DNA of 64,000 bases from Candidatus Kaiserbacteria bacterium. Lineage in GTDB: Bacteria > Patescibacteriota > Minisyncoccia > Phycocordibacterales > UBA918. The DNA lies in the NCBI GenBank assembly GCA_016699245.1, contig CP064968.1, forward strand, positions 768,317 through 832,316. The letters are read 5' to 3'. How positions within the stretch are numbered: position 1 is the first letter of the stretch; every line of letters begins with the position of its first letter. The notes below the pieces were generated by a model, which had not been told where the DNA came from, searched no databases, and was given only the letters and a program-made list of their open reading frames with translations. Below are positions 27,266 through 38,600 of this stretch, piece by piece. The position numbers and the translations under genes are program-made.

Positions 27266-29401
27266 ATGGAGAAAAAATCATATACCACTTCTATTGAAGG
27301 GAAGCCACTTACCGCCAGCTTCACCAACCTCACCAACCAAGCCCACGGCTCAGTCATGCTCACCATGGGCGAGACCGTTGTACTCGTAACGGCAGTCATG
27401 AGCAAAAAGAGTGCCGAAGCGATTCCATACTTCCCCCTTTCGGTAGAGTTTGAGGAAAAGTTTTATGCCACCGGACAAATTCTGGGCAGCCGTTTCCAAA
27501 GACGCGAGGGTCGACCAAGTGAAGGTGCCGTGCTTTCGGCACGTGTCGTCGACCGTACGATTCGTCCGCTCTTTGACCATGCCATCCGCCATGAAGTGCA
27601 GGTCATCGTGACTGTGTTGAGCGCAGGAGAAGATGACCCCGATGTACTCGGCGTCATTGGTGCATCGCTCGCTCTTTCGGTTTCTAACATTCCTTGGGGA
27701 GGTCCCATAAGCGCGGTGCGTGTTGCAAAGCGTCGTGATACAGGAGTGATTGTTATTAACCCCACCTATACCGAACGCGAAGCGGGGACTCTTTTGTACG
27801 AGGTTCTTGCATGCGGTCAAGACGAGACAATTAACATGATTGAGACTGCAGGCTTTGAGGTGAGTGAGGCAGAAATAGTGCACGCTCTCGAACATGCCGT
27901 AGGCATCAATATGGAGATACTCGCGTTCCAAAAAAAGATTATTGCTGAAATCGGAAAAGCAAAACGTGACATTCCTCTTGCAGCACTCGATGATGCGGCA
28001 GTGGCGCTCTTTGCAGAACACATTGCTCCAAAACTCACCACAACCCTTTTCTCCAACACCACGGGCAAGGCACACCTCTACGAACTTAAGGAAGAGTGGC
28101 TCGCACTTCTTGCCACAGAACTTCCAGAGTCAAACAAAAATCTTGCGAGTGAATATTTTGAACACGCAGTGGATGACGAACTTCATCGCGGTGTCATTCA
28201 CGACAAGGTACGTCCCGATGGTCGCTCTATGGATGAAGTGCGTCCTCTCTTCGCACAAGCAGGAGGCATCAGTCCCGCACTCCATGGCAGTGGGATTTTC
28301 TATCGCGGTGAAACGCATGTACTTTCTGCACTTACCCTCGGTGGCCCCGATGACTCACAAATACTCGACTCAATAGAAGAAAACGGAACAAAAAAACACT
28401 TCATGCATCACTATAACTTCCCCCCATTTTCTGTGGGAGAGACAGGGCGCGTGGGTGGGACCAACCGTCGTATGATTGGCCACGGTGCACTCGCAGAGAA
28501 AGCACTCTTCGCCGTTATCCCCCTGAAGACAGAGTTCCCCTACACCATTCGTCTTGTGTCGGAAACCATGGCATCTAATGGTTCCTCATCAATGGGTTCC
28601 GTCTGTGCATCGACACTTGCGCTTATGGATGGAGGGGTTCCAATTACGCGCCCCGTCGCAGGTATTGCATCAGGCCTCATGATGGAGACGCACACCACCT
28701 ATCAACTCATTACCGACATCCAAGGTCCCGAGGATGAACATGGTGACATGGACTTTAAAGTAGCGGGTACGACAGAGGGCATCACTGCTATTCAAATGGA
28801 TGTAAAGGTGGGGGGTATTCCCGTTACAATACTTGCAGAAGCTCTTGAGAAAGCGCGTATTGCTCGCCTCCATATTCTTGAAACACTCACGAGTGAGATT
28901 GGTGCTCCACGCGCTGACATCTCTCCACGTGCACCAAAGATTATTGTGATGCAAATCAACCCAGATCAAATTGGTCTTGTGATTGGGGGTGGAGGAAAGA
29001 CTATCAACGGTATCAAGGATGATACGGGTGTCGATGAAATTACGATTGAAGACGACGGTACCGTGTACATCACCGGTAAGGACCAGGCGCCTCTCCTTGC
29101 ACAAGCGCGCATCGCGGCACTTACCAAAGTGTATGTAATAGGAGAGCGCATGGAAGCAGAGGTAACCCGCATCGCAACCTTCGGTGCATTCGCAAAGATG
29201 GATGCTCAAAATGAGGGGCTCATCCACATATCAGAAATCGTGTCATGGCGTCTCGAAAATCTCGATGGTATTTTGAAGGTGGGCGACAAAGTACCCGTCG
29301 TCGTTTCTAAGGTAGAAGATGGGAAAATTGGTCTCTCGATTAAAAAAGCAGACCCTGAGTGGGCGACGAAGAAAGGCCTTAAAGCACCAGAGAAAAAATA
29401 A
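27266..29401 (+). CDS. pnp: Polynucleotide phosphorylase (PNPase)
   Basis: Two RNase PH domains plus a KH domain (IGLVIGGGGKTINGI) and a C-terminal S1 domain; 711 aa. Confidence 0.9.
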   Translation: MEKKSYTTSIEGKPLTASFTNLTNQAHGSVMLTMGETVVLVTAVMSKKSAEAIPYFPLSVEFEEKFYATGQILGSRFQRREGRPSEGAVLSARVVDRTIRPLFDHAIRHEVQVIVTVLSAGEDDPDVLGVIGASLALSVSNIPWGGPISAVRVAKRRDTGVIVINPTYTEREAGTLLYEVLACGQDETINMIETAGFEVSEAEIVHALEHAVGINMEILAFQKKIIAEIGKAKRDIPLAALDDAAVALFAEHIAPKLTTTLFSNTTGKAHLYELKEEWLALLATELPESNKNLASEYFEHAVDDELHRGVIHDKVRPDGRSMDEVRPLFAQAGGISPALHGSGIFYRGETHVLSALTLGGPDDSQILDSIEENGTKKHFMHHYNFPPFSVGETGRVGGTNRRMIGHGALAEKALFAVIPLKTEFPYTIRLVSETMASNGSSSMGSVCASTLALMDGGVPITRPVAGIASGLMMETHTTYQLITDIQGPEDEHGDMDFKVAGTTEGITAIQMDVKVGGIPVTILAEALEKARIARLHILETLTSEIGAPRADISPRAPKIIVMQINPDQIGLVIGGGGKTINGIKDDTGVDEITIEDDGTVYITGKDQAPLLAQARIAALTKVYVIGERMEAEVTRIATFGAFAKMDAQNEGLIHISEIVSWRLENLDGILKVGDKVPVVVSKVEDGKIGLSIKKADPEWATKKGLKAPEKK

Positions 29402-29416
29402 TATTCACGAACACAG

Positions 29417-29449
29417 GAAAACGCGTCCACAGGTGTGGACGCGTTTTCC
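29417..29449 (+). terminator. Rho-independent terminator after pnp
   Basis: gaaaacgcgtccac-aggt-gtggacgcgttttcc. Confidence 0.65.
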
Positions 29450-29489
29450 TAAATTCATGAGATACTTATGGTATTACCTTTTCATCACT

Positions 29490-31322
29490 ATGGATACTAA
29501 TACACCAAAAAATAATTCGGACATGGGCATTGTTTTTAACACCCCCAATACGAAAGAACCAGCTCAAAAAGACATGCATGCACTGTCTACGGCAAGTACT
29601 CCAAAAGACTCGCACCTCAGTAGTCGTGGGGGAGTGTTTGATGTCTCAAAGGTGTTTGAAGGCGAGCAGGGAGGTGAAGCGGGTATCATCATTAACGATC
29701 GGAAACATCGCCGTGCTTCGTTCGGAGAAAATATGCAAGCGGTGTTTAGCGAGTGGTGGGGAAGCGCGAGCAAGAAAATTGAAAAGTCAGTGGAAGCAAT
29801 GCCGAAACTTACCAAGGAAGAACCCACACTTGCCAAAGCAGAAACACGAGCTGAGATAGTGCAAGAAGCTGCGAAGTATTCCACTATTGCTCCACAAGAT
29901 GATCATAAAGTAGTACTTGAAAAATTCCATACATTCAAAAGTGATGTTGCACGTATTACCGGTACCCCTACCGTGGTACTCAAAGAGCCTCCTAAAAAGA
30001 AGGGAATACTGAGTGCCTGGACACACATTGTCGACAGTCCCAAGGATGTCCCTGTTGCGAAACCGGTTCCCGTAAAAGAGAAAGAGGCACTTGATATGCG
30101 ACACGCTATCGCTCCCGTGGTCGCGCAGAAAATTCAAAATGATATCAAACACTTTACTCCTGGAACACACATCCCTCCAAAACAAATCGAGAAGGTTCCA
30201 CTGCAGGCCACTCCCGAGAAAAAAGTCTCGATGCCAACTCCAAACATACTACCAAAGAATCCTGTAGTTGTTTCTCATGATGTCACCTCGTATGCAAAAC
30301 CCATTCCTAATTTTGAGAAGACATCCGCTTTCAAAAAAAGTGATTTTTCTCCACTTTCCAAAGCGGCACCAGTAGTACCAAAAGCCGTTCCACCTGTTGC
30401 TCTGTCTCCTACCTGGCTTTCTGCTCGAGAAGTGAAAGAGGAAACTTCTGAGTCCGATATTGTGGTTGGGCATATGTCTATTCCCCAACCTGTGGAACAA
30501 ATCCGCACAGCACTCAAACCTCCGCTTACCCCCCAAAGGTCTACCGTGAGTGCGATTGGACTCTCTACTGACCCACACACATTTCCTGAAGATAGGATAC
30601 AAAATATCAATACCAAACGTTCAGCATCACAAGTTCAGAAAACGAGTTCTGTTCCACGCACTGCAGTCACCATGACCACATGGCTTATCTTTGGTGGAAT
30701 AGTAGCACTTGGTGTCATACTTGCACTCGTCGTAAGTATCTACGTCAATGTGTTTAAAGGAGAATCTGATTCTATCTATGCGGTATCTTCATTCTTTACC
30801 ACATCAGAAGTAATCGGTGTTCCACTTGCAGGAGATGGTTCGGGGTTCGCTACTGCGTTTGCCTTACGTGCACAAGATTCCACAAATGAGAGTGTTCAGA
30901 TATATCCAGTTGTACAAAAGGGCGAGGTGACGCGACCCGCCTCAAGTCAGGAATTCTTTACAGCACTCAGAATGGACGTGTCACGTGCGTTCCTCAGTAG
31001 CCTCGACGACGCATTCATGATGGGAGTAGTCACTGCCAAAAAGCCCGAACCATTCCTCATCATCCGCTCATACAATTTTGATGAACTGTTTGCAGGACTC
31101 CTCGCGTGGGAGGGCAGCATGCAAAAAGATCTTGCACCACTTTTTGGGACATCCTCGGGTGAAATGGGCGTCTTCATCGATGCCGTTGCAAACAACAAAT
31201 CAACGCGCATTCTTAAAAGTGACACAGGGGAGGAGGTGCTCGTATATTCCTTCATCAATAAAAACACCGTCATCATCACCACAAATGGAGATGCCTTGGC
31301 CATACTTCTTAGCAAGTTTTAG
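29490..31322 (+). CDS. Hypothetical protein with a Pro-rich N-terminal region, a single TM segment and a C-terminal extracytoplasmic domain
   Basis: The long ORF 29319..31322 overlaps the pnp terminator, so the start is probably the Met at 29490; TM segment WLIFGGIVALGVILALVVSIYV. Confidence 0.45.
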   Translation: MDTNTPKNNSDMGIVFNTPNTKEPAQKDMHALSTASTPKDSHLSSRGGVFDVSKVFEGEQGGEAGIIINDRKHRRASFGENMQAVFSEWWGSASKKIEKSVEAMPKLTKEEPTLAKAETRAEIVQEAAKYSTIAPQDDHKVVLEKFHTFKSDVARITGTPTVVLKEPPKKKGILSAWTHIVDSPKDVPVAKPVPVKEKEALDMRHAIAPVVAQKIQNDIKHFTPGTHIPPKQIEKVPLQATPEKKVSMPTPNILPKNPVVVSHDVTSYAKPIPNFEKTSAFKKSDFSPLSKAAPVVPKAVPPVALSPTWLSAREVKEETSESDIVVGHMSIPQPVEQIRTALKPPLTPQRSTVSAIGLSTDPHTFPEDRIQNINTKRSASQVQKTSSVPRTAVTMTTWLIFGGIVALGVILALVVSIYVNVFKGESDSIYAVSSFFTTSEVIGVPLAGDGSGFATAFALRAQDSTNESVQIYPVVQKGEVTRPASSQEFFTALRMDVSRAFLSSLDDAFMMGVVTAKKPEPFLIIRSYNFDELFAGLLAWEGSMQKDLAPLFGTSSGEMGVFIDAVANNKSTRILKSDTGEEVLVYSFINKNTVIITTNGDALAILLSKF

Positions 31323-31352
31323 AACCCTTGTAAAAGGAGTATACTAATACCT

Positions 31353-31727
31353 ATGCAAACACAAGAGTACCGAGCACGCCTTGAAACGATGCTCGTCGAT
31401 ATTACAAGCGAACTCAAAACCGTAGGTATTCATAATCCCGAAAATCCAAGTGATTGGATTGCAGTGCCCGAAGAATTCGATGCCGAAGAACCAGATCAAA
31501 ATCTCGCAGCAGATGCCGTCGAAGCGTGGGATGAACGAAATGGACTCGTTACTGTTCTTGAAAGTAAGTACAACAGCATCAAGGATGCGCTCGTACGTAT
31601 CGACGCAGGGACATTTGGCACCTGTGAAATTTGCCAAGCACCTATCGAAGAGAAGCGTCTCATGGTAAGTCCTACTGCACGAACCTGCATGACACACCTC
31701 GAAGACGAATCGCAAATCGCATCATAA
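31353..31727 (+). CDS. DksA/TraR-family C4 zinc-finger protein
   Basis: C-terminal CEICQAPI..17 aa..CMTHL C4 motif after a coiled-coil region. Confidence 0.6.
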   Translation: MQTQEYRARLETMLVDITSELKTVGIHNPENPSDWIAVPEEFDAEEPDQNLAADAVEAWDERNGLVTVLESKYNSIKDALVRIDAGTFGTCEICQAPIEEKRLMVSPTARTCMTHLEDESQIAS

Positions 31728-31736
31728 TTTTCTACC

Positions 31737-33263
31737 ATGGCAGTCGCTCGTGTTTTTTCCGCGCAACCTTCCCTCACGAGTGCTGACATCGTCACTATTG
31801 AAACAGACCTCTCACGAGGTCTGTTTGCGTTTTCGATTGTTGGTCTTGCAGGGAAGGCGGTCGAAGAAGCACGTGACCGCGTCAACAGTGCCATTAAAAA
31901 TTCGGGACTCGCGGCACCGAAGAGTGAGAATCACAAAGTGGTTATTTCACTCGCACCTGCAGATTTAAAAAAGGAAGGTCCACTCTTCGATCTTCCGATG
32001 GCACTCTCATACCTCATCGCTTCGGAGGAAGTGACTGCCGATATGACCACGTGTATTTGCATTGGCGAACTTTCACTCGATGGTACCTTGCGTCCTGCGC
32101 GTGGCGTACTCCCCATTGTGCGGAAAGCAAAAGAAATGCATTTTACCGAAGTGATTGTGCCTTTTGAAAATGCGTCGGAGGCCGCGCTCATTCCCGACAT
32201 TCGCATTATCCCGGCACACACACTCCACGAAGTGCTTATGCATATCGACACGACACGCGACGACCATACGCGCATTACGGAAGCACCACTCACGCAAGTG
32301 GAAACACTCTGGAGTGAAAGCTCAGTGTCACTCGATGATATTCGCGGACAAGAGTCTGCAAAGCGCGGTCTCATGATTGCTGCGGCGGGGAGACACAATG
32401 TCATCATGGTGGGACCGCCGGGGACCGGCAAGACTATGCTCGCGCGTGCCTTCCAGGGAATACTTCCTGCACTCACACTTGACGAGGCCCTTGAGGTGAC
32501 TTCGATACACTCCGTCGCAGGCACCGGTGAGGGCATCTCCCTTCGCCCACCATTTCGTGCGCCTCATCACACCGCATCATATACTGCACTCGTAGGTGGA
32601 GGTACCTACCCGCGACCTGGCGAAGTAACACTCGCACACAAGGGCGTACTTTTCCTCGATGAGTTTCCAGAGTTTGAGAGGCGTGCTATTGATGCGCTTA
32701 GGCAGCCACTTGAAGACCGCGTTGTGTCTATTTCACGCATTCACTCAAGTGCACTCTTTCCTGCAGATTTTATTTTAGTTGCCGCAATGAACCCGACGCG
32801 TGGCGGAGACGAGCACGGTGACTATGCGCATCAGATGGTAGAGACATACAAACAAAAAATCTCTGGCCCGATTCTCGACCGCATCGATTTATGGCTTCAG
32901 GTGCCGCATGTCGACTACGAGACACTCACCGAAAAAAGAACCGCACGACCGAAAGGAGTCCAGGATGAGACTGACCGTGCTCGAGAAAAAATCACCCGTG
33001 CGCGTGAGCGCCAGTATGCACGGTTCAAAGGACTCGGTATTCAGACCAACGGAGAAATGAGCACCCGCGACCTCGATACCTGCATTGAACTTTCCATAGA
33101 ATGCCGAACCCTCCTCAAGCGCTCCGCCGAAAAACTCGGTCTCTCTCCCCGCAGTTATCACCGCCTCATTAAAGTCTCACGCACTATCGCTGACCTTGAA
33201 GATAACGACGACATCACCGAAGCGCACATCCTTGAAGCCCTCAGTTTTAGGACGAAGATGTAA
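31737..33263 (+). CDS. comM: Mg-chelatase-like AAA+ ATPase YifB/ComM
   Basis: Lon-like N-domain, Walker A motif VIMVGPPGTGKTML, and a Mg-chelatase C-terminal domain. Confidence 0.85.
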   Translation: MAVARVFSAQPSLTSADIVTIETDLSRGLFAFSIVGLAGKAVEEARDRVNSAIKNSGLAAPKSENHKVVISLAPADLKKEGPLFDLPMALSYLIASEEVTADMTTCICIGELSLDGTLRPARGVLPIVRKAKEMHFTEVIVPFENASEAALIPDIRIIPAHTLHEVLMHIDTTRDDHTRITEAPLTQVETLWSESSVSLDDIRGQESAKRGLMIAAAGRHNVIMVGPPGTGKTMLARAFQGILPALTLDEALEVTSIHSVAGTGEGISLRPPFRAPHHTASYTALVGGGTYPRPGEVTLAHKGVLFLDEFPEFERRAIDALRQPLEDRVVSISRIHSSALFPADFILVAAMNPTRGGDEHGDYAHQMVETYKQKISGPILDRIDLWLQVPHVDYETLTEKRTARPKGVQDETDRAREKITRARERQYARFKGLGIQTNGEMSTRDLDTCIELSIECRTLLKRSAEKLGLSPRSYHRLIKVSRTIADLEDNDDITEAHILEALSFRTKM

Positions 33264-33277
33264 AAATATAAAACGAT

Positions 33278-33853
33278 ATGATACACCCGCTACTACAAAA
33301 GCAAGACGAACTTTTCACTGAAGCAACTCAGCTTCTTCAGCAAATTATAATTCCCACTTTTAGTGAATTTGGTAATGTTATTATCGGAGGGAGTTACGTG
33401 TATCGCCTTCTCACCTACCCTGATATTGATATAGACATAGTGAGCGACGACGTGTCAGACGTTACGTACAAAAAATTATGTGACAAAGTTACTTCACTCG
33501 ATTCTGTTTCCGAATTTAAAACGCTCGACCGCACAGAAAGACCAGTAATTGGTACGAGGCCAAAAGGGTACTGGCTTTCTCCAAAAATTCAATATGGTAA
33601 TAATCTATGGAATATAGACATCTGGTTTCAAAAGCCGGAATGGAACACTGGTAACACACTCATGTACAAAGACGCCCTCCTGAAAATTAGCGATGAACAA
33701 CGTATAGTGATTTTAACTCTGAAAAATGAACTTCGAGAGAATGATCTATATGGCGTCGGAAAGGAATTTCAATCTGTCGATGTGTATGACGCCGTCCTCA
33801 ACAGTGGGGCATACACTCTTGAAATGCTCCGCACATACAAGCACAGTCTTTGA
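33278..33853 (+). CDS. Nucleotidyltransferase-like protein
   Basis: GGS..DIDIDIV motif of pol-beta superfamily NTases. Confidence 0.35.
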   Translation: MIHPLLQKQDELFTEATQLLQQIIIPTFSEFGNVIIGGSYVYRLLTYPDIDIDIVSDDVSDVTYKKLCDKVTSLDSVSEFKTLDRTERPVIGTRPKGYWLSPKIQYGNNLWNIDIWFQKPEWNTGNTLMYKDALLKISDEQRIVILTLKNELRENDLYGVGKEFQSVDVYDAVLNSGAYTLEMLRTYKHSL

Positions 33854-33866
33854 TACCAATCTCATA

Positions 33867-33897
33867 AAATGACGGACATCCGATGTCCGTCATTTTA
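33867..33897. terminator. Perfect hairpin terminator (aaaatgacggacatc-cgatgtccgtcatttt)
   Basis: Symmetric, so it could serve as a terminator on either strand. Confidence 0.55.
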
Positions 33898-33899
33898 TG

Positions 33900-33962
33900 T
33901 TTTTTATGAACGCAACAAAGTAAATGAGTAAAAATGTGCGTCCGATTAGAATGAATTTCTGG
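33900..33962. repeat. 63-bp direct repeat, copy A (copy B at 34191-34253; about 57/63 identical)
   Basis: Copy B comprises the last 17 nt of the M23 peptidase CDS plus its 3' UTR; copy A is a stand-alone duplicate followed by its own terminator. Confidence 0.6.
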
Positions 33963-34236
33963 TTCCAGAAATTCATTTTAGGATGCAGCGCGAGGAGACA
34001 AACAAAAAAGCCACAAGGTGTACATAGACGTACAGTGCAGTGGCTTTTTTGTGTAGTTGGTAACTATATACCTACAGCACAACCTTTGTTTTTGAGAGTA
34101 AGAGGTGGGAAGTAAGGACACTCATTTTTACATCAGTTACGAGGCGTGGATTAAAAAACTCGCGAGCCGTACAGGTGTACGGTGAGCGAGTTTTTTATGA
34201 ACACAACAAAGTAAATGAGTAAAAATGGGCGTCCGG

Positions 34237-35271
34237 CTAGAATGGATTTCTGGCGCCGCGCACCTCAAAGTGAAGATGATTCCCCGTCGACCGTCCCGTC
34301 GAACCTACATACCCGACCACATCACCCGCAGCAACTGTATCTCCAACCCCGACAGCGTTTCGCGAATTGTGTGCATAGAGTGTCTGAGTACCATTTGCAT
34401 GCTTAATAACCACATAGAGTCCGTACCCACCGTTGTATCCTGAACTCTTTGAAACAATCACTTCACCCGCAGCAGCTGCGTAAATAGGTGCTCCTGCAGA
34501 TGCACCAAAATCAATCCCGTTGTATCCATGGAGCCCCTGTGTACGTACTGCACCAGGGAGTGGATGTGCATATCCTGCACTTCCACTTCCTGTTGCAACA
34601 GTTGTGCCCTTTGTGCGACTTGGGTTCGCTTTCTTCGTCGGAGTTGGTTGTGCCATGACTCCACCAGGCACCACTACTGTGTCGCCTACATTCACATCCT
34701 CAGCTGAAGCAAGTTGGTTATATGCAAGGATGTCGTCAATGTCACCTGCATATTTTTTCGCAATCGAGGCAAGTGTATCTCCCTTTTTCACAATATGACG
34801 AACGCCCGTAATCGGCAAAATAATAAGGGAATCTCCTGGACGAATTTTGCTTGGACTAGAAATATCGTTTGCCCACAGAATAGTCTTTGCACTTACATCA
34901 AACATCTCAGCAATTTGTGAAAGGGTGTCGCCTTCGCGTACCACATACAGATTAATCTCTCCATTCATAGTTTGGAGGTTCACCGTATTATCCTTGCCGT
35001 CAATATCTCCACTTGGCACCAAAGCACCATCCTCTACCAGAATATCTTCAGTATCCTTTTCAGGATTTGGGTCAATATTGAGTGCTGCGCGAAGTAAAGG
35101 CATCACTTGTGCATTTTGATTTTGACTATATACCACCGGTTCTTTTGTTTCTGCTGAGACAGTATCAAAAAAAGCAGAGAACACTCCTGCGTGTACCGAA
35201 AATGGGATCACGACCGCAAGCACTAAAAGACCGAGCTCAAGCACGAGTTGATAGGTGTGTGTATATGTCAT
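34237..35271 (-). CDS. M23-family metallopeptidase with two LysM domains
   Basis: LysM repeats (GDTLSQIA.., GDTLASIAKKY..) and M23 motifs (HNGIDFGA, HLHFEV); N-terminal signal anchor. Confidence 0.8.
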   Translation of the reverse strand: MTYTHTYQLVLELGLLVLAVVIPFSVHAGVFSAFFDTVSAETKEPVVYSQNQNAQVMPLLRAALNIDPNPEKDTEDILVEDGALVPSGDIDGKDNTVNLQTMNGEINLYVVREGDTLSQIAEMFDVSAKTILWANDISSPSKIRPGDSLIILPITGVRHIVKKGDTLASIAKKYAGDIDDILAYNQLASAEDVNVGDTVVVPGGVMAQPTPTKKANPSRTKGTTVATGSGSAGYAHPLPGAVRTQGLHGYNGIDFGASAGAPIYAAAAGEVIVSKSSGYNGGYGLYVVIKHANGTQTLYAHNSRNAVGVGDTVAAGDVVGYVGSTGRSTGNHLHFEVRGARNPF

Positions 35272-35650
35272 CTGTTCTTTACGGAGTACTTTGTACCCAG
35301 AACGAGAATCGTGAAAGAAATATGTTATAAGCGATTTTTATGGACTCTCCACCTACGCAACCACTACGGTAATTATCTGAAACAAAAAGAGCGAACTTGG
35401 AAAGGCGCTCCATGTAGTACCCACAAGAGGTACGGTTACATGATAGCGGAGTAGGGAGGAGGGTCAACCTTGCAAAAAGGTCTTTTCCACAGTTTGACTC
35501 AAAGTGCTTTTCTGACGCTCTATATAGGGGTATTTAAGGTATTGCGGTATCTTTTCTTTGTGTTCTAATATTCTAGATGTTTTCAGTATCCCCAAAATGG
35601 GTACGGGGACACAGCATGTTATAGTTGATGCCACATTTACTTTTTTATAT

Positions 35651-38600
35651 ATGGATCATCTTCACGGACTCAACGACGCACAACGAAATGCGGTAGTAAC
35701 AACAGAGGGACCGCTCTTGGTACTCGCGGGTGCGGGCTCAGGAAAAACCCGCGTAATTACTCATCGGATTATCAATCTCATTTTACAAGGAGTACCTCCA
35801 GAGCGGATTTTGGCAGTGACATTTACCAATAAAGCCGCAAAAGAAATGCGCGAGCGCGTAATGAATCTTATTCATACACATCAAGGAGGAGCGCGTGCGA
35901 CTGAGAGCGGAGTACCTTTAGTGACCACTTTCCACGCGCTTGGGGTACGGATGCTTCGGGAGCACCATGAGGTGTTTGGTCTTCGGAAGCAGTTTGTGAT
36001 TTATGACAGAAGCGACTCAACGAGCGCTATAAAGAAGGCTATGGAGCGGGCAGGTCAGGACCCAAAGCAGTTTGAGCCACGGAAAATACTCTCAATAATA
36101 TCGCGCGCAAAGGGCGATGCGGTAACCCAAACTGACTTTAGTGGGAGTGCGCGTACGTACCCCGAGCGAGTTGCTGCAGATGTGTGGATTCACTATGAGG
36201 CAATTTTGAAGGAGGATCATGCGCTTGATTTTGATGATCTCCTCGCAAAGACACTCTCTATGCTCAAAAGCCATCCGCCAATTCTTGATGAGTACCGCAA
36301 GCGTTTTACCTATGTACACATCGATGAATACCAGGACACCAACCGGGTGCAGTTCGAAATCGCACGGCTTATAGTAGGAGATAGGGCTAATCTTTGTGTG
36401 GTGGGTGATGTCGACCAGTGTCTTATGGAAGGAACAGAGGTCACCATGGCTGACAAAACGAAATGCCCAGTAGAAAAAATAAAAAAAGGTGACTCTGTAC
36501 TTTCATGTTATGGAAGTGGTGATTTTCGTCCAGCACTCGTCGTGAGGGCACGAGCACTTGTGCCCAAAGACGAGTTAGTGCGAATTGAAACAGTAAGTGG
36601 AAAAGTACTCATAAGTACAAAAGACCATATTCATTTTGCTAGTTATGTTCTTGGAATTACCCCACAGACGTACATCACCTACCTCATGTGGAAAGGAGGC
36701 GTTGGATGGCGACTCGGTACAACACAGATATACACAAAAGGCCAAAAAAAGTCAGTTGTTGGGCTCATACAGCGGAGCAATCATGAGCATGCAGACGCGA
36801 CGTGGGTGGTGAGTACGCATCACTCCATTCAGGAGGCTCGTGTTCATGAGTACATTCTTTCTCTTACCTATCAAATACCCACAGTTCCCTTTATTCCACG
36901 TCGTGGACTGAGTACTCACGGTTATGTACATGACGGAGACGCGCTAAAACAAATTTTTTCTTCAGTTGATACAGAGAAATCTGCACGCAAGCTTCTTTCT
37001 GACTACCATCTCTCCCTCTCTTTTCCGCACCATCGCCCACAGTCATCGAAAAGTGTTCGAAAGAATATCAACGTTACCCTCTGTGGCGACAGACGAGGAA
37101 AGACGCCAATGCACCGAATCAGTATGGTCGGCTCAGATAGTGAGACAAAAAAACTCCTTATGTCTCATGGTTTTTCTGTTCGTCCCGCAAAGAAGAACTC
37201 CACGGGTTGGCGCTTCGAAACTGCACATGCTTCATTTGCACACATTGAGGCACTGGTCACACAACTCCAATCAATCATTCCTCAGGCATATGTCACCATG
37301 CATGCGCGTTTCGGAATACAAGATGAGAATCTAATACAAAAAAACTCACTTCTTTTTACTCCCGCAAGTTCCGTTAAAGCCGGAATGGCTCTTTTTGGAA
37401 GTAATGGAAAGTACGAAATTGTGAAAGAAGTGTCTCTTTTAAAATCCTCTTCTCGCGTGTTCGATATCGATATTGAACACACACACAACTATATTGCAAA
37501 TGGTATTGTGACACACAATTCAATTTACTCATGGCGTGGTGCAGATATCAAAAATATTTTGCAATTTGAACGTCATTTTCCCAATGCAAAAATTATCATG
37601 CTCGAGGAAAACTATCGCTCCACACAGACCATCATCACCGCATCAAATGATGTTATTGAAAAAAATGTAAACCGTCCTCTCAAAAAAGTATTTACCAAAA
37701 ATCATGAAGGTGAACTTATCTCACTCTACGCAGCTATGGGTGGGCAAGAAGAAGCGGAGTACGTAGCACTCACTGCAAAAGATTTGATAAAAAACGGCGT
37801 ATTTCCTTCTGAAATTGCCATCCTCTTCCGTACCAACTTCCAATCGCGTGCACTCGAGGAGGCGTTTATCAACTACGATGTACCGTATCAAATGCTCGGT
37901 ACCAAATTTTTTGAGCGCAGGGAGGTAAAGGATGTACTTTCCTTTCTTCGTTTCGCGTGTAACCCCGACAGCAACGCCGACTTGGTACGCATCATCAACA
38001 CACCTCCGCGAGGTATTGGAAAAGTAACACTCCTAAAAATAGTAGAGGGGAAGCGTGCTGAACTCCCGGGGAAAACGAGTGAAAAAGTTGATGCGTTTTA
38101 TCGCATGATAGACGACATTGCTACCTATGCAAAGGAGCACCCCGTCCACGAGACGCTTGCATTCATCATGAAGCATACCGGCATGGAAGCCGAATACAAA
38201 ACAGGCGGGGAAGAAGGGCTTGAGCGTCTCGAAAACGTCCGTGAGTTGGTAACCCTCGGCACCAAGTATCAGGAGTACGGGCCCGAAGAGGCTATCGAGC
38301 ATCTCCTTGAAGACTCCGCTCTCGGAAGTGATCAGGATGAGATGAAAGAAAAAGAGGAATTTGATGCCGTGCGCCTCATGACTATCCACTCTTCAAAGGG
38401 ACTTGAATTCCCCTATATCTTTATTACCGGCCTCGAGGAAGGACTCTTTCCCCATGAGCGCCTCAGTGACGAGGGAATTGACGAGGAAGAAGAGCGACGT
38501 CTCTTTTACGTAGCCCTCACCCGCGCAAAAAAGAAAGTATTTCTTTCCTACGCCCATATTCGTACTATATTTGGAACACAACGGGTAAATGCGCCATCTT

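Noticed and set aside
27350-28075. 241-aa minus-strand ORF inside pnp, plus several other antisense ORFs in 27.4-29.4 kb
   Set aside because: It overlaps the strongly supported PNPase gene in antisense and has no recognisable domain.
33924-34406. Two plus-strand ORFs starting MSKNVRP.. and MSKNGRP.. inside the 63-bp repeats
   Set aside because: Their shared N-termini simply reflect the DNA repeat. The second lies fully antisense to the M23 peptidase gene. There is no RBS and no conservation beyond the repeat.
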